Translations under genes and position numbers: made by a program
The notes under the pieces: model-generated
What the model was told of the DNA's origin: nothing
What the model saw: the letters and a program-made list of their open reading frames with translations, nothing else
Databases searched by the model: none
Shown here: positions 12,901-26,100 of the stretch, in pieces
How positions within the stretch are numbered: the first letter of the stretch is position 1
How the letters are laid out: each line of letters opens with the position of its first letter
Assembly: GCF_964355755.1 (NCBI RefSeq)
Contig: NC_092670.1
Location: 23,608,795 to 23,672,794 of the forward strand
Length of the DNA stretch: 64,000 nt
Source of the DNA: Antedon mediterranea
Lineage: Eukaryota > Animalia > Echinodermata
Direction: 5' to 3'

Positions 12901-13362
12901 TCTTATTCATTACAAAATAATTTACCTAATCCCATAAAACATTCTTGCTGTGAACTGTTAATTATTAGCAATACAAGTTGTTATAAAGAGTTGTATTAAA
13001 AACAGATTGTTTATGTTACCTCAATAATGTGGTTGTTATGTGTGTATAATATTTGTACAGTGTTAAAACTATAAATTACAAGTACTCCTAGTTTTGGCAG
13101 GTACTGAGTCAGGTTATTGGGCAGTCTTAATTTTATGGGCAGTCGTAATTAAAATTTCCAGTTTTTCCATAAATGTAGCCACCTGGAGAGCACAGCACAA
13201 TGGTTGTTTCACAGAAATTAACTGAGCACAGTGAAGGAAGGACCGGTTTCTATGCATTCTTTCCCATGTAAGTAGGCTACAGCATTATTTGTATTCAGAT
13301 GGTTTTCAATTGTCATTCCTCAATCTACACTGCTTATTTTGTTTATTTGAAATGTATTACCA

Positions 13363-13580
13363 TATATCCTCCGGTATAATCCAACTTATGGTCTAAATCC
13401 CACCCTTATTTTGTCTGATTTCACAAACGGGCATAGTCCCAGTTACTGACTTTTGGTCTGGATGTAGGCCTCTCTATAGCCAGTTCAGATGAGTTTTTAA
13501 AAGAAACGCTTACCAATTAATAGGCATAGTCCCACCACCCAAAGTCTGCCCAATTTTTTAGTTTTATACCAGAGGATATA
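13363..13580. mobile_element. Short MITE, probably Tc1/mariner type
   Basis: Inverted termini tatatcctccggtataa / ttataccagaggatata, with an internal repeated ggcatagtccca. Confidence 0.45.
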
Positions 13581-13859
13581 AGATATTGTAAAGTATATTT
13601 TAAAGTAATATAACAATGTCTGTGTATAGCACACAACAGGCTGTGTTGCAAGTACTGTAGTTTCATAAGTTGTAGGGCCTATTAAATGTACATTCTCTTC
13701 CAGTGTGTGTTTGTTACAATCTTAAATTGTAAAACAAAGTCATATTTTCATGTTCGTAAGGTTTATTAAATAGATTGTTTTGGCTATGATTCACTGTACA
13801 AATATTATATAGAAATAGATTAACAAAATATTTTCTTTCAAAATGTCCAAACTGCAAAT

Positions 13860-16800
13860 CTATTTTCGGATTGCAGATTTCATAGCCTCTTGTACAAAGT
13901 CAAATTTCTCTTGCGCTTTTGGTTTAGCTTTAGTGTCATTCTGTCCACCTACAAAATCAAAGCCTGCACTCTGCCTCCCTAACTGGAGAGGTAGAGCACT
14001 GGTTCCGCTAAGATTACTGGTAGACAGCTGCGGAAACATTGCAGCAATTGAGTTTTTATCTAGAGATTGCTGCATTTGCAGTGGAGTACTTGTTTGCATT
14101 TGGTTCAAAGGTGTTCTTTCTTTTGGTCTTCCACTCGCAATTTTAACGTCAGTTTTAAAATTTAATGAGGTTAATAGATCACCAATGTTACTTTCATCAG
14201 ATAACAGATCATTAGAAGAATATGTTTTCTCTGGTTCTTTTACACAACCCTCAATTGTAGTAGAGGGATTTATACTAGAATCAGTTTCCTCTATCGAATC
14301 TTTAACATTGGCAATGGTATCCCCTTGTTTTCCATTTTGTCCAATAATTCTTGGATTGTCTCCATAACGTAAATTATGTCCTGTTTGCAAGTCCATGTTT
14401 TGTCCACTTAAAGGTATTGTATCAGCACTGTCCACACTTTTTTGTGTTTTCTCTCCGTCTAATTTATTTATACTTTTGTTTTGTTCTATTACCAAATGTG
14501 TTAAGGTTTCTGAATGTGGCAGATTGCTCTTCGCATTTTCCGGATCCTCTTTGGAATGATTAATTAAATCTAAGTTGGAAAGTAAATTTTTATCTAAATC
14601 TTTGATACTTGTATCTAAATTTTCCATTGTAGCTGGTGATACTTTTGGTTGTTGAGTTGTTAGAATGTTTCTTATTTCGTCCTGTTTGGCTGTGCTTTGG
14701 ATTAGGCGTAAAATCTATTGAAAACAAAAATTAAATCAAATTTACAATACAAATCTAACCTTTTAGAATTCTATCTACTAATCAGTGTCACCTGAAAAGT
14801 ATTTGAATGACCCATAGCCACTTTAAGCAAAACAACACAAAACTTTCCCCCTCTCTTTTCCATATCTCCCGATTCTCCATTTCAACTAAAGATATCGCAT
14901 TCACCTTTTTGGCTTTTGAAACGGCCTGTTTGCTAGTTTCTTGAGATGAAATTATATCTTGTAAAGAACTGTGTAGTTGATGAATGTCATGTCCTAGTAG
15001 ATCGGTGTTTACGAGACGTTCAATAGCACATAGTGCCCTCTATAGAAAACAATATGTAGAAGTGATTCCTAGTCATTTATTGTGTCATTTAATGTACTGC
15101 AAAAAATATTAAAGGTGAATATAAATGCTACTTACCATCTTAATAACATTTTCTGGGCGAGCAATTTTGTGGATTAGGAATTCCAAAACCTTATCACAAT
15201 TCAGGGTATCACACCTAACAAACGAAACAGAGAAAATATCAATATATTGAACTTCAACCTGGCTAAACATTTGATTTTTTAATAAATGTTTGGTGAATTT
15301 ATTAGAAAACTTCTAGTTCTACCTTCCTTCTAATTCGTCGAGTTCTTGACGAGAAGGAATAGACCTGCCCTCATTGGTAGTCACAATATCCTCAACACAT
15401 TTAGCCTCTTCAATCCAATCTTCAACAACAGCAGCAGCTTGAAGTCTAATAATAAAACAATTCAGTTTAAAAAGTATCAATAATAATGTAGTCAATAGCT
15501 TAATATGTATGGCAGGTTAGTGGATAAATGTACATACTTCTCTGATAAAGGTGTGCTGCCGTTACTCAGATCACTGCTGATACCATCGGATGATCCATCT
15601 TCTTCCCATCCTCCCCCTGCTTTACCTCCTGTTAAAATAAGTTGAATGTCAAGTCAAGTCAAGTATCATTTATTATCATTTGTTTTAAGAAAAAACATAG
15701 AAATTCTGTTTGCTCTGTTGGCGGAGCACAATATCCAACAGACACAACACGAACTCAAAAACAAAAACATTACAAAAAAGTGTCTACATTATGTTTAAGG
15801 CTCTAATAGCTCCTGGAAAGAAACTATGACATTTTCCTGCTATATAAGCCATTTTAGTCTCATGTGCTGCCATGGACCCATACATATAAGCTAACATTGA
15901 GTGATTGACTTATTGATCATATTATATGGTTGACTTATTTACAATACCTTTATATGTTAATCTTGCTAAATCAGGATTTTCAACTATTGTACTATCTTGC
16001 TTTGTTGGTATAGTGACTTGACTAGTAGTGTGCTTAATTAAATCTCCCTTATACATACTCATACTTTCTGAGTAGCTTTTATTGGTGTCACCATGCATTG
16101 CTTTGTATGCTCTTGGTTGAGTTATGTTCTCTGTTGCAGAGAAGCTACCTGCTAATTGCTGAAATCCATTTTTAAGTTGATCTGTAAGTGTCTCTAAAAA
16201 ATTAAAGTAGTAGAAATTATGTCAAGACCATAGAGATAATAATTAAACTTGACAGCAAAGTGAATATCTGCTACCTTACATCAGTTGAAAAATATTATTT
16301 AATATTCAAATACAGTACAACATTTAATAATTTATTTAATTTTTTCTATAAAAATGCATTCACACATTGATACGCTCCACTATGAGATGCAGTGGACTAG
16401 TGGTGTGCAACTGCTTGCGGGTGTGACTTCAATCTGGCATATCTGATTGGCTGATGTAATGCAGCCATATTCCGTGGTCCTTCTACATGGTGAATTAATT
16501 GAGCTCTGACTGTATTCAGAGTTCACTCTCTAGTTAATTATATACAGTATATTCTCTATGGTCAAGACAGAATTGTCAGTAAATGGTTTCTCTATCCATT
16601 ACAACTTACTGACTTACTTTCATGTACTGTCTGTGTATTTCCAAATCCTCCCATTGTCTTTTTGGACTTGTTGACACCATATCCAACTGTGTTTATAGAA
16701 TTTGATGTTGACGGTGATTTTTTCTCAGTGTCAAACAGGATGGATGACAATTGCTTGATAAATAAAGTACAATTATATAACTTTGTTTTTGCAATAAATT

Positions 16801-18615
16801 TGCATTTTAAATTACATAGTCCTTTTCAACTATTTTTCAATTATCAATAAATATGTGAAAGTATTGCATACCGTAGCAGCCTTTCTTACAGCAACATAAG
16901 GTGCATTGTCACAGGTAGCATGGGGTGGGCCACTATGCACTGAAAGAAAACAACAAAAATTAGATGTCATTTGGATGTGTATGCCCTTTGACATTTTGGA
17001 ATACGGAATGTAATTTGTGGACGTTGTACAATATGCAGTGGTGTAACCGCTATGAGCACTCACTGGCTAAACCCAGAGGCCCTGGAGCTTATAGGGGCCC
17101 CTGATCAGTGCCCAGAGGAAAATTAAATTAAATGTCGACAATGCTAAAAACGCCTGAGACATCCAGCGTTAGAAGGTTCCTACACCAGGGGCATCAGGCC
17201 TCCACGTTATGCCACTGAAAATATGCCCTTTGGCCGTACAGTGAGTATGCCATTTGGACGTACTGTATGCCATTTGGATGTGCAGTAAGTATGCCATTTG
17301 GAAGGACAGTATGTCATTTGGATGTACTGTATGCCCTTTGGACGTACAGTGAGTATGCCGTTTGGACGTACTGTATGCCCTTTGGATGTACAGTGAGTAT
17401 GCCGTTTGGACGGTATGCCCTTTTTGATGTGCAGTATGCCATTTGGAAGGACAGTATGCCCTTTGGCTTACATTATGCCACTTGAAGGTGTACTCCCGTT
17501 AGAGGTATAGTATGCACTTGAATGTAAAGTATGCCATTTGGAATTACATTATGTCATTGTGGAAGGGCATAATGATGCATCTTGAATGGAAGGACAGTGT
17601 ACGCCATTTAGATGTACTGTATAGATGCCACTTGATGATAATACATACTTACTAGTTGCTTTATTAATACCAGTGGCATTGCGACGCAAACCAGCTGCAA
17701 AGGGTGGATGACCATACTGAACTACACGAATCATTACATTTAGAACCTGTAAAGAGTACAAAGGTTATACAATGAATGAATGCATTAAGTTCTCAGCTAA
17801 TTTACTACTAGTTATAGATACACTACCCACCTTTAGTTTGACATAACACGACTGTATTTCTAGTCTATTTACCAGAAAATCAAGCAAAGCTAAAGTTTGT
17901 CCTGGTGTACCACATGTTAGATCTTGTAAAACAAAAGTAAAGGAATTTATTGAACTTTACAAGCCTCAAGGCACTCCCCAACCTTGAACTGCAAGATATT
18001 TTGTTTAATATTTCCTCCACAAAAAAATAAAAATAAATTGAGCCAAAAAAATAAAAATAAATTGACTTGAGCCAAAAAAAGAGGAGAGGGAGAGGTTGAA
18101 AGTTAGGGATGGTATTTGAGTAGTAGATATGTGAAGGATACTTGTGATTTCTTCATACAGATAACCTGGCGTTGGACTTGCGTCGTCTGATGTAGCTTTT
18201 ACAAGCATGTTCATCTAAAAAATAAAACAAACATGTTCACAAAAAACAAAGAATAAAAACAAAATAATACTGTATAAGTAGGCCTATTCCATAAATTATT
18301 TGTTTACTTTTATTTGATAATTAAGGTGTTTTTGTATTATGTGTAAACGAATTAAAAAAAATTATAATTTTTTAAGCTAGGCCCGTAAGTACACATAAAC
18401 ATAATTGATTTTCTTTGAAATAGCGCCTGCGATAATCCTTTTTATCGTGGTCGTAACGTAAATATGTATCAAATCCGGCGAACACGCCTCGGCCTAGCTT
18501 TTATTGACGATTATACAGTGAGCAATTTGTTTTATTAGCTTAACAAGTCGCTCTGTTTATTCTTACAATAATATACCTTATTAAGAAGCAGAAATTTAGA
18601 CGTTATCCCTGCCAT
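13860..18615 (-). CDS. TEPSIN: AP-4 complex accessory subunit tepsin (ENTH domain plus VHS/ENTH-like domain), ~676 aa
   Basis: Minus-strand exons 18615-18577, 18214-18142, 17922-17831, 17746-17653, 16939-16872, 16753-16618, 16193-15948, 15628-15538, 15445-15323, 15214-15136, 15039-14905 and 14714-13860 total 2031 nt in frame. Motifs ATSDDASPTPGYLYEEI, VKLKVL, SGPP..YVAVRKAA, GGGWEE, KMRALCAI and C-terminal FDFV are typical of tepsin. Confidence 0.92.
16229..16560. mobile_element. hAT-type MITE in a TEPSIN intron
   Basis: Termini catagaga / tctctatg are flanked by a perfect 8-bp TSD, gtcaagac (16221-16228 and 16561-16568). Confidence 0.8.
17222..17630. repeat. Minisatellite of ~19-23-bp units (gtatgccatttggacgtactgt-like)
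   Basis: Tandem units are visible inside TEPSIN intron 4. Confidence 0.85.
17923..18141 (-). other. U12-type (minor spliceosome) GT-AG intron, TEPSIN intron 2
   Basis: 5' splice site GTATCCTTC and branch-site-like TTCCTTTAC ~15 nt before the AG. The flanking exons join in frame. Confidence 0.8.
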
Positions 18616-18863
18616 TGTTAGTAGTTTCTCTAAATTTACGAACAACACCAATTTTACTCCAATATTCGGGTTTCCCTTGGCAGTTCGCGCACTCAGCTCA
18701 GATTTTGTGCAGTGTCGTACTCATAGGTCTATAATCAATGCGTTTTCTTTAATTGATCGCACTAAACAATTGATATGTTCGGATATTACAACAGGGAACA
18801 GGCACAGGATAGCAGCATTGGCAAAATTGTTGACCGCAGGCCTAAGGCCTAGCTAGGCTAAAG
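18616..18863. promoter_or_regulatory. Probable bidirectional promoter and first (non-coding) exon of the + strand gene
   Basis: The TEPSIN ATG is at 18615 (-) and a + strand donor AAG|GTAATT is at 18863, in locally CpG-richer sequence. Confidence 0.5.
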
Positions 18864-19259
18864 GTAATTTTTCTGCTACTTTGAGGCTGTATTTGTAATT
18901 TATATGTTAATTAAATTAATAGTAGGCCTAGGCCTAGACTTGTTTAGTCCAACCTCTGTCTGAAGATTTTTCCTACTAGCCTAGCTAGGCTACTACTTAG
19001 GCCTAGCCTACCTAGCTAGGTAGGGCCTAGCTAGGCCTAGGCCTAGTAGTAGAGGCTAGGCCTACGCCGTTTAATTGTTTTTTTTTATAAAGTAAGTAAG
19101 TAGGCTGCGGCTAGGCCCAGGCCTAAATAAGCAAGCCCTACTGTCTGTACTGTGCACAGTACCTTGGGCATGCTAGACTTGAGCATTATTATGTTATAAT
19201 ATAATATTAATATTAATTAATTGGTTTGTTAATATTATTAATGTTAAAATTAAAACATA

Positions 19260-20025
19260 TGTTATGCGCGATTTGAACGATTTGCGCAATTTAAAATTGC
19301 GCAAAAAAATCCTTGCGCAATTTGAAATTGCGCAAAGAATTCTTGCGCAATTTCAAATTGCGCAATCAACTTGCGCAATTTTAAATTGCGCAAGAAAATC
19401 TTTGCGCAATTTTAAATTGCGCTGCACAATTTGTAAATTGCGCAAGATAGTTCTTGCGCAATATGACACCTTTGCGCAATTTGAAAACGAACTGTAAATT
19501 TTCCCATACATGGCTAGGCCTAGGCAGAGGAGTTTAAAATTTAGTATTTTATTATATAAATAAGACCATTTCAATGAAGATAATGTTTAATACTCACTTT
19601 TTAAGTTTTTAATATTAGTTTAATAAGCTAGGCCATGTAACCTAGTCAGTATCAGTAGTCCAGACCCTAGCTAGGCTAGAGTAGTATAGCCGACCGCCCG
19701 CGCCGCGCCCGCCTGGTGGAACACCACCGCTTCGTTTTCCTTCGTCGGTTCTTCGACGGTATGCTAACTTATAACAATATTTGCACTACTAAAATAAGGA
19801 AATGCGATATTTATCTTTAATTTTGAATCATTCTTAGAAATTACTATATAAATATGGGTGTGCATGATTTCACAATCTGTCGAAAAACCTTGCGCAATTT
19901 GCAGATTACTTGCGCAATTTAATACGTTGCTTGCGCAATTTGAAACACATGTTTCAATTCAAATTGCGCAAGGATTTTTTTTGCGCAATTTCAAATTGCG
20001 CAAATCGTTCAAATCGCGCATAACA
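19260..20025. mobile_element. Non-autonomous DNA transposon with TGT...ACA termini and 4-bp TSD (Ginger-like)
   Basis: ~65-bp TIR tgttatgcgcgatttgaacgatttgcgcaattt / aaattgcgcaaatcgttcaaatcgcgcataaca, CATA on both flanks, and ~18 TTGCGCAA subterminal repeats. Confidence 0.75.
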
Positions 20026-20138
20026 CATACATGATATAATTCTTTTTTTCTGCTTTATTTAAAAGATTAAATTTTAAAAAGTACCAAAATGACATGTACT
20101 GTACAGTAGTCTAGGTAGCTAATAAACTAAAAACCAAG

Positions 20139-23100
20139 ATGGAGGCTCTGTTAAAACAGGTAAATAAGTGTGCTTGTTTTTTTGTGTTAATCTCTATTTT
20201 ATGTATTATTGACACTGCAAAAACACTACATCTTTTAACAAAAGGTTTTGTTAATTTGGTGTTTGTAATTAAAACGGAAAAGTAAGTTTGGGTCCCTGCC
20301 TAACTAAGTATGATTTACATTCATGTTTCTTTTTTCTCATGATCAAAAAAAACTTCCCAAAACTAGAAGTAGTTTGCACAACCACAAGCATCAGTTGGCA
20401 TGACCTATCGCTTTGTGATTGGTCAAATTACTTTTGGTGGACTTACTGAGGGACTTACTGTTGTACGTCCGTGTGGGAACCAAGATTAATTCCCCTCCCT
20501 CCACCCCCACCTGGACAGCAACCAACCAACCAAGTGTCTTTCACACTAGCTCGTACTTAAATAAAATATCAAACAACGTAAATGAATCCCCAGCATGTGA
20601 TATTACTTCCAAACCTACACTTCCGGTCGCAGCAATTCACATGCACAAGAAAATGAAAAATTACAGGTACTAGAAAGCTTGAGAACATACGGGCTCGGAG
20701 ATATTACTCCGCACGATATAGAAGGACTACTAGTCGGTGATCCAAATACATTATCAGAGACAGTTACTTTAAATGAAGATTGTCCGGGATCGGAATCGAA
20801 AATCACACAATGTGCGGAAGTAGAAACTGGATACCCTCGAAGTCCTTTGTACCTACATTTGGCACACCGATTACAGAGTTGGATGAGCTCAAGGTTAGAC
20901 ATGTTTTAATTATAATTCGAGCTATTTAAATCTCTAAAACCCTTATCACAGTTAATAGAAATATTTTGTATGAAGTATATTCTAAACAAAATTACCGTCT
21001 ACATGCATCTCAATACTATCAGCAAATGTTTTCATAGACTCTCTACTCTGAGACATGCTTTGAGGTTTGAGCATGACCCGTCTGAAAATCCCAAATCTTT
21101 CAGCCTGTAGAACTATAGCTTCCGCTTAATGTTTATGTCCTCTGGAATATAACTGCTTAAAGGTGCGGTGCAAAAACTGAAATTAATGTTGCTCCTTCTC
21201 GCCTCCAAAATTATAGCTATTTTATTGTAAGTCTAATTTTATTGTAAGTCTATTGCAGTGTTTTTGACAACATATTATTTTTGTTTAAGGTCTTTAGAAG
21301 TAGTTGCACTTCAAGAGTTTCAATGTCTAAATGAAGGAGAAAGGGCCAGTGAAAGGTATGTGTGTAGGCTAAGAAACCTCGAAAAGAAGTCGACCAAAGG
21401 GCTTCTTTTTAAGATGGGCTTCTTTTTGAGATGGTCTTCTTTTCGAGATAAGCTTCTTTTCGATAGTACTTTTGCTTCTTTTCCAGGTTTTACGTTATTG
21501 AGAAAGAGATATTTATTGAAATAAGATATTTTTCCTTCCTGTCTCTGCTATAAGATGTGAATGTATGGAAATATGAAGGATTACTTGACCAACACTTGAC
21601 CTTCAACAAATTTATGTGAGCCTGTGATTCAAGTTGAGTCTCAGTTAAGGTTACTTTTCTCGCAACTAATCATGTCGCTTTATCTTTCCTCGGTTTATTT
21701 TATTCAAATTGTCTTCTATAGTATCTCCCTGATAATAGATGATATTCTTTCTACATTATAAGTAGCTGTGTTTTGTTTAAACATGTTTTCATCCTAGAAA
21801 AAACCTGTTTGCTGCCCTCTCTGGTGACATTGGTACACTCCAAGATTTACTTACTGAGAATAATTTAGCAGCAAGTACAGATATGTTGATATTAATTCTT
21901 AAGGTACAAATAATAGTTAATATTGTTAATGTATTTTTTTATATTAAATAGAAAGAATATATTCACACTCACAAATAGTATAAATGTAATATAGCACATT
22001 CAATAAACGTGATATAGCATATTCACTTGTAAAACAATGTAAGTATCGCATCATGATGCAACATCTTTTTCCAGCGTAACTGTTGTTGGAGTTTAATTTA
22101 TTTACTAATATTTTTTCAGAAATTAAAAAAACGAGGAATTTTATCTTTACTTGGACTGCGAAATACAGAGGGCTCTGTTGAAATGCTGCCCCCTGCACGA
22201 TCAAGTCTTGAAAAGAGCTTCAAGCAACAAAATAGGTAATTGATTTTGAAAACATATTCATGTTTTGTAAGATACTACAACACTACGAAACTGAGTTAGA
22301 CATCAGCATGCATAGTTCCTAATTCTGTGTCTATCACTCACACAAGATGCAAAATAATTATGTACTTTGTATTCACAGTGCAAATAGTCAATTGTCTGTT
22401 GGAGCGAGGGCGCTTGCAAAGCATTGTCATCGAGACCAGACAGCATCTTGGTGGGGTAAATCAACTGGAAGTGAGTATGTTTTAAATTCTATGTGTGTAT
22501 TGCTAATAACTAGGAGTGAGAATTGAATAAAGCAACATAGATTCTAAATTTGCGAACAGAGGGCACATGTTGATATTTCGACCCTTTCTTTTTTTTATTT
22601 GGAAAATTATTTTAATAACCAATTTTCTTGAATGTTCTGTAAGTATACCTATTTTCACCGAAATATTCAGAATGGTAACTTGAAAATTGTAGGCGCTATC
22701 GTGCTAACAATCAAATAAAATAAAGCAAGTACTGTACTATACTTGGCAAAATTCTATTTTGCCAATTAATATAAAGATAAATGCAACAGTAAAAACATGA
22801 CATGTTTGTCCTTCAATGCCAGATTTCTGGGTTCAATTCTTTAGTGCAGTGCCCATGGTATTACTCTTCGTCAAAAAGGGTAAATAGTGGACAGATTAGT
22901 AAGACTTAAACAATCTGATTATTAAATACATTTATATACATTGATTGCATTCATTATTGAGAATGTATTTATTAATAGGTGAAGGCGCAAAGAATGATCA
23001 TGCAAACGCAATCATGAATTGTATACTTGACCAAGCCTCATGGATCAACATACATTGCTTACCGGTAAGACCATCTTAAATTTTACAATAGCCCCCTCTA

Positions 23101-26100
23101 TCCATTCCTACATTATAAAGGCCAACTATCTGAAGCTCTGTCTACACTATCAAACTAGATTGACAAAAAAAGTGTGATGTGCCCAAATATGGTAGTGATA
23201 TGCCCAAATATGATATCATCATGTCCATATATGAGCACATCACATTTGTTGTCACATAAAGTTTGATAGTGTAGACAGAGTTTAAAGTAGCCTACACAAT
23301 AATAATACTGTACATGATATCTATGTTTTTTACCATTAAAACAGTTTTTTAAAGTTGCATACTGTATTATATATAAATATAATTTTACATCACTGGCGAA
23401 CATACAACAACTTATGAAATATTTAACTTGGGTCCTTTCAGAGCTCAATGTTTATAGTCTAATAAATTCTAGAGCGTAGTGAAAAACAACTTGGTCTATA
23501 TAGTAAAAAAACTGCAATCTTACATTACAATATATTTAGAAAACATTGCCAGCAACACTGTCATTATTTAAGTATTATTTTTGACTAGAAAAAGAACCTG
23601 AACAAATGGAATCTAACTCACTAGACCTATAGGCTGAGAAAATAAAAATTAAATAAACGACAAAGATTTCTGTACACCAAGTGATTTGATTTTAAGTTAC
23701 CTTAGATTTGAAATTGAGTTTGTTTATGTACGTAACAATGAGACATGTGTGAAGTATTATGTGTGGTATTTGTGACAAAAGTAGAACTTGTAATTAGGTC
23801 ATAGGCTTGCAGGCACTTTCCCTTGTTCTTCCTTTCTTTAATGTTATTTTATCTGATTTGTCAGTCATTGTAAATAAAACGGCAATATGCTGAGCTTATT
23901 ATATAAAAACAGAGACTGGTGGCATTTCGTAATCGCTTATGTCGCAGGATATGGCGCGAATAAACCTCAATTGATAACGATCTGTATGGCTTAAGGCTGT
24001 TATGTTAACCTATTCCAATATACGAAAATATATTAATAGTTTTAATACACTGTTTACATTGCTATTGTTGCTAGTTATACTTAATTTATCAATATAACAC
24101 GTATAATAGAATTATGTATAGATTTAATAGTTTGATATACAATTCTGGCTTTGTTTGTCTAGTGATCCTTTATATTCTGTATGAAATTGACGTCATCGTG
24201 AAGTTAGATAAGGTTTTTAAAAACTAAAATTGCATTATTACACTTTTCAACTCAAACAACTGTACTTTTATTTAGCTGTATACATTACAATAACAATGTA
24301 ATACCCGTACTGTACTTTTATGCGTTAAACTATATTGTACTTTTATTTATTTATTATTTGTACTATTTTAATACTCGGAGGTCAAAGTACTAGTACTCTT
24401 TCAAATTTAATATGAAGATGAAAAAGTAGATTGACACAGGATTTGAAATTTAAATTAGTATAGCAATATTCTGACATTATATCATGTTAATTTTACAGAA
24501 AAGTACAAATATTATAGGGTTACAATATTAATTTTCTATACTGATTATCAAAAATCAATATTTTGGCAATTATTATAAACTTGATCAAAATAGATATTGT
24601 AATAATTCTTGTTCTTTCATATGAACATCCTTGATAAGAAATTGTCTTTGAGAAATATTATTAAAAATAGCAATAGACACTGCAAAACAATACGTCATTA
24701 TTAAGAATAAATCTTTTAATTCTATTCTATGCTCTAAAAAAAATATTTCCTTCGCCAAACACAACAACAAGGTGTAATATAAATTCTAATCATTTAGATT
24801 TCCTTTTCAGTTAATGTTTTATTACATTCAATATTCAATTTCCAACATTTATTATTTATATATTATTAAGAATTAAACCACATTTTATTACTGTACATAC
24901 AAACAACCCTTAAATATAAGTAATTCCAATACATCATACAGGCATTATTTGTTATGCGATATTGGATTCAAACATATGTGTACGTGCTGTATTCACGTTC
25001 AGGCACACGCGCACTAATACGTGTATTGTTAAGTCCTATATACGAAGTCTGCCACACTCTTAATTACAGCAACATATGTTGACAGTAACAGTAATTTATT
25101 TAGCCTCCATGATCGTATGAATTCATCTTAAGTATCTGTCGTTTTCATGGCGCCTCCCCTTCTTCTTCGAAGGTCAATGCAATCAATCTTCCAGTCCATT
25201 TTACTCTTTGTTTAATTTAAAATTATGATATGAAATAAAAGTTTTTGAAGTGACCAATATGTATTTTAAAATGTTCCCATTTTAAAATATCATCAAGTTG
25301 AATTTGGAAATCTAAATGAGTGTAGAATTAATGAAATTAAAACTTCTATTAAGAGGACATTATAGGGACCCAATAGTGTTTATGTAGTTAGTGTAATAGG
25401 GGTGTCCTCTGAATGTGTGTGTGTCTTCTGAATGGGTGTTGGGCTGAGTGTTAAATATGTATTGTCCCTCATCCCCTTTATAGTTCGTGTCTCCTGTGTA
25501 TGTGTGGCACATTACAAAGACTGGTTTCTACCAGTCAATAATAAATGGTTTATCCTTTTTTGTTCTCAAGAAGGAAATATTATAGAGAAAGGTAAATAAT
25601 AGAGCTGTAGCGATGTAACAAATCTATTTCTTTATCATTAATTTAAAGACAAAAGTACAATACTGATTCATGTATAAGCCTACCCTTCCTCTACACAAAT
25701 TTGTCCCACTATCAGTGGTTTAATGCAGAGGCCTGAGGCCTCTGGTTTAGGAACCTAAAGTGGCCCTCCAACGCTGGAGGCCTCGGGCGTTTTTAGCCTT
25801 TTTTGACATATTTTAATGCCACTCATAGCCATTACGTCACTCCCCGTAGTAGGTTTTATGTCTACATAATTTCTCATTCCTACTTAGCCTACAGCAGGGG
25901 ACACACTAAAGCTCTTGAATGTGCCTACTTAATAATAATAGCTGTTCTTCCGAATGTCCCAAAAGAGGCGTTCTAGTGTATAATCCATTATGGACTACTG
26001 TAGTAATTTATGTCATGCGGCATTTTAACAAGTAATAATTTCAGCAGTGGACTCCTAAGATGAGTTTCTACTTTTAAGGTGCAATAAAATTCTTATTATC

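Noticed and set aside
13843-14563. Plus-strand ORFs of 174 and 70 aa
   Set aside because: They are antisense to the last TEPSIN exon.
17222-17630. Short repeated units as a CRISPR-like array (also 37900-38175 and 39300-39740)
   Set aside because: The context is eukaryotic, the repeats are tandem with no unique spacers, and there are no cas genes.
19264-19574. ORFs of 77 and 73 aa
   Set aside because: They are translations of the TTGCGCAA subterminal repeats of the transposon.
21552-21620. Extra exon of the uncharacterised gene
   Set aside because: In the required phase it hits a stop codon, whereas 21355 joins 21798 cleanly in frame.
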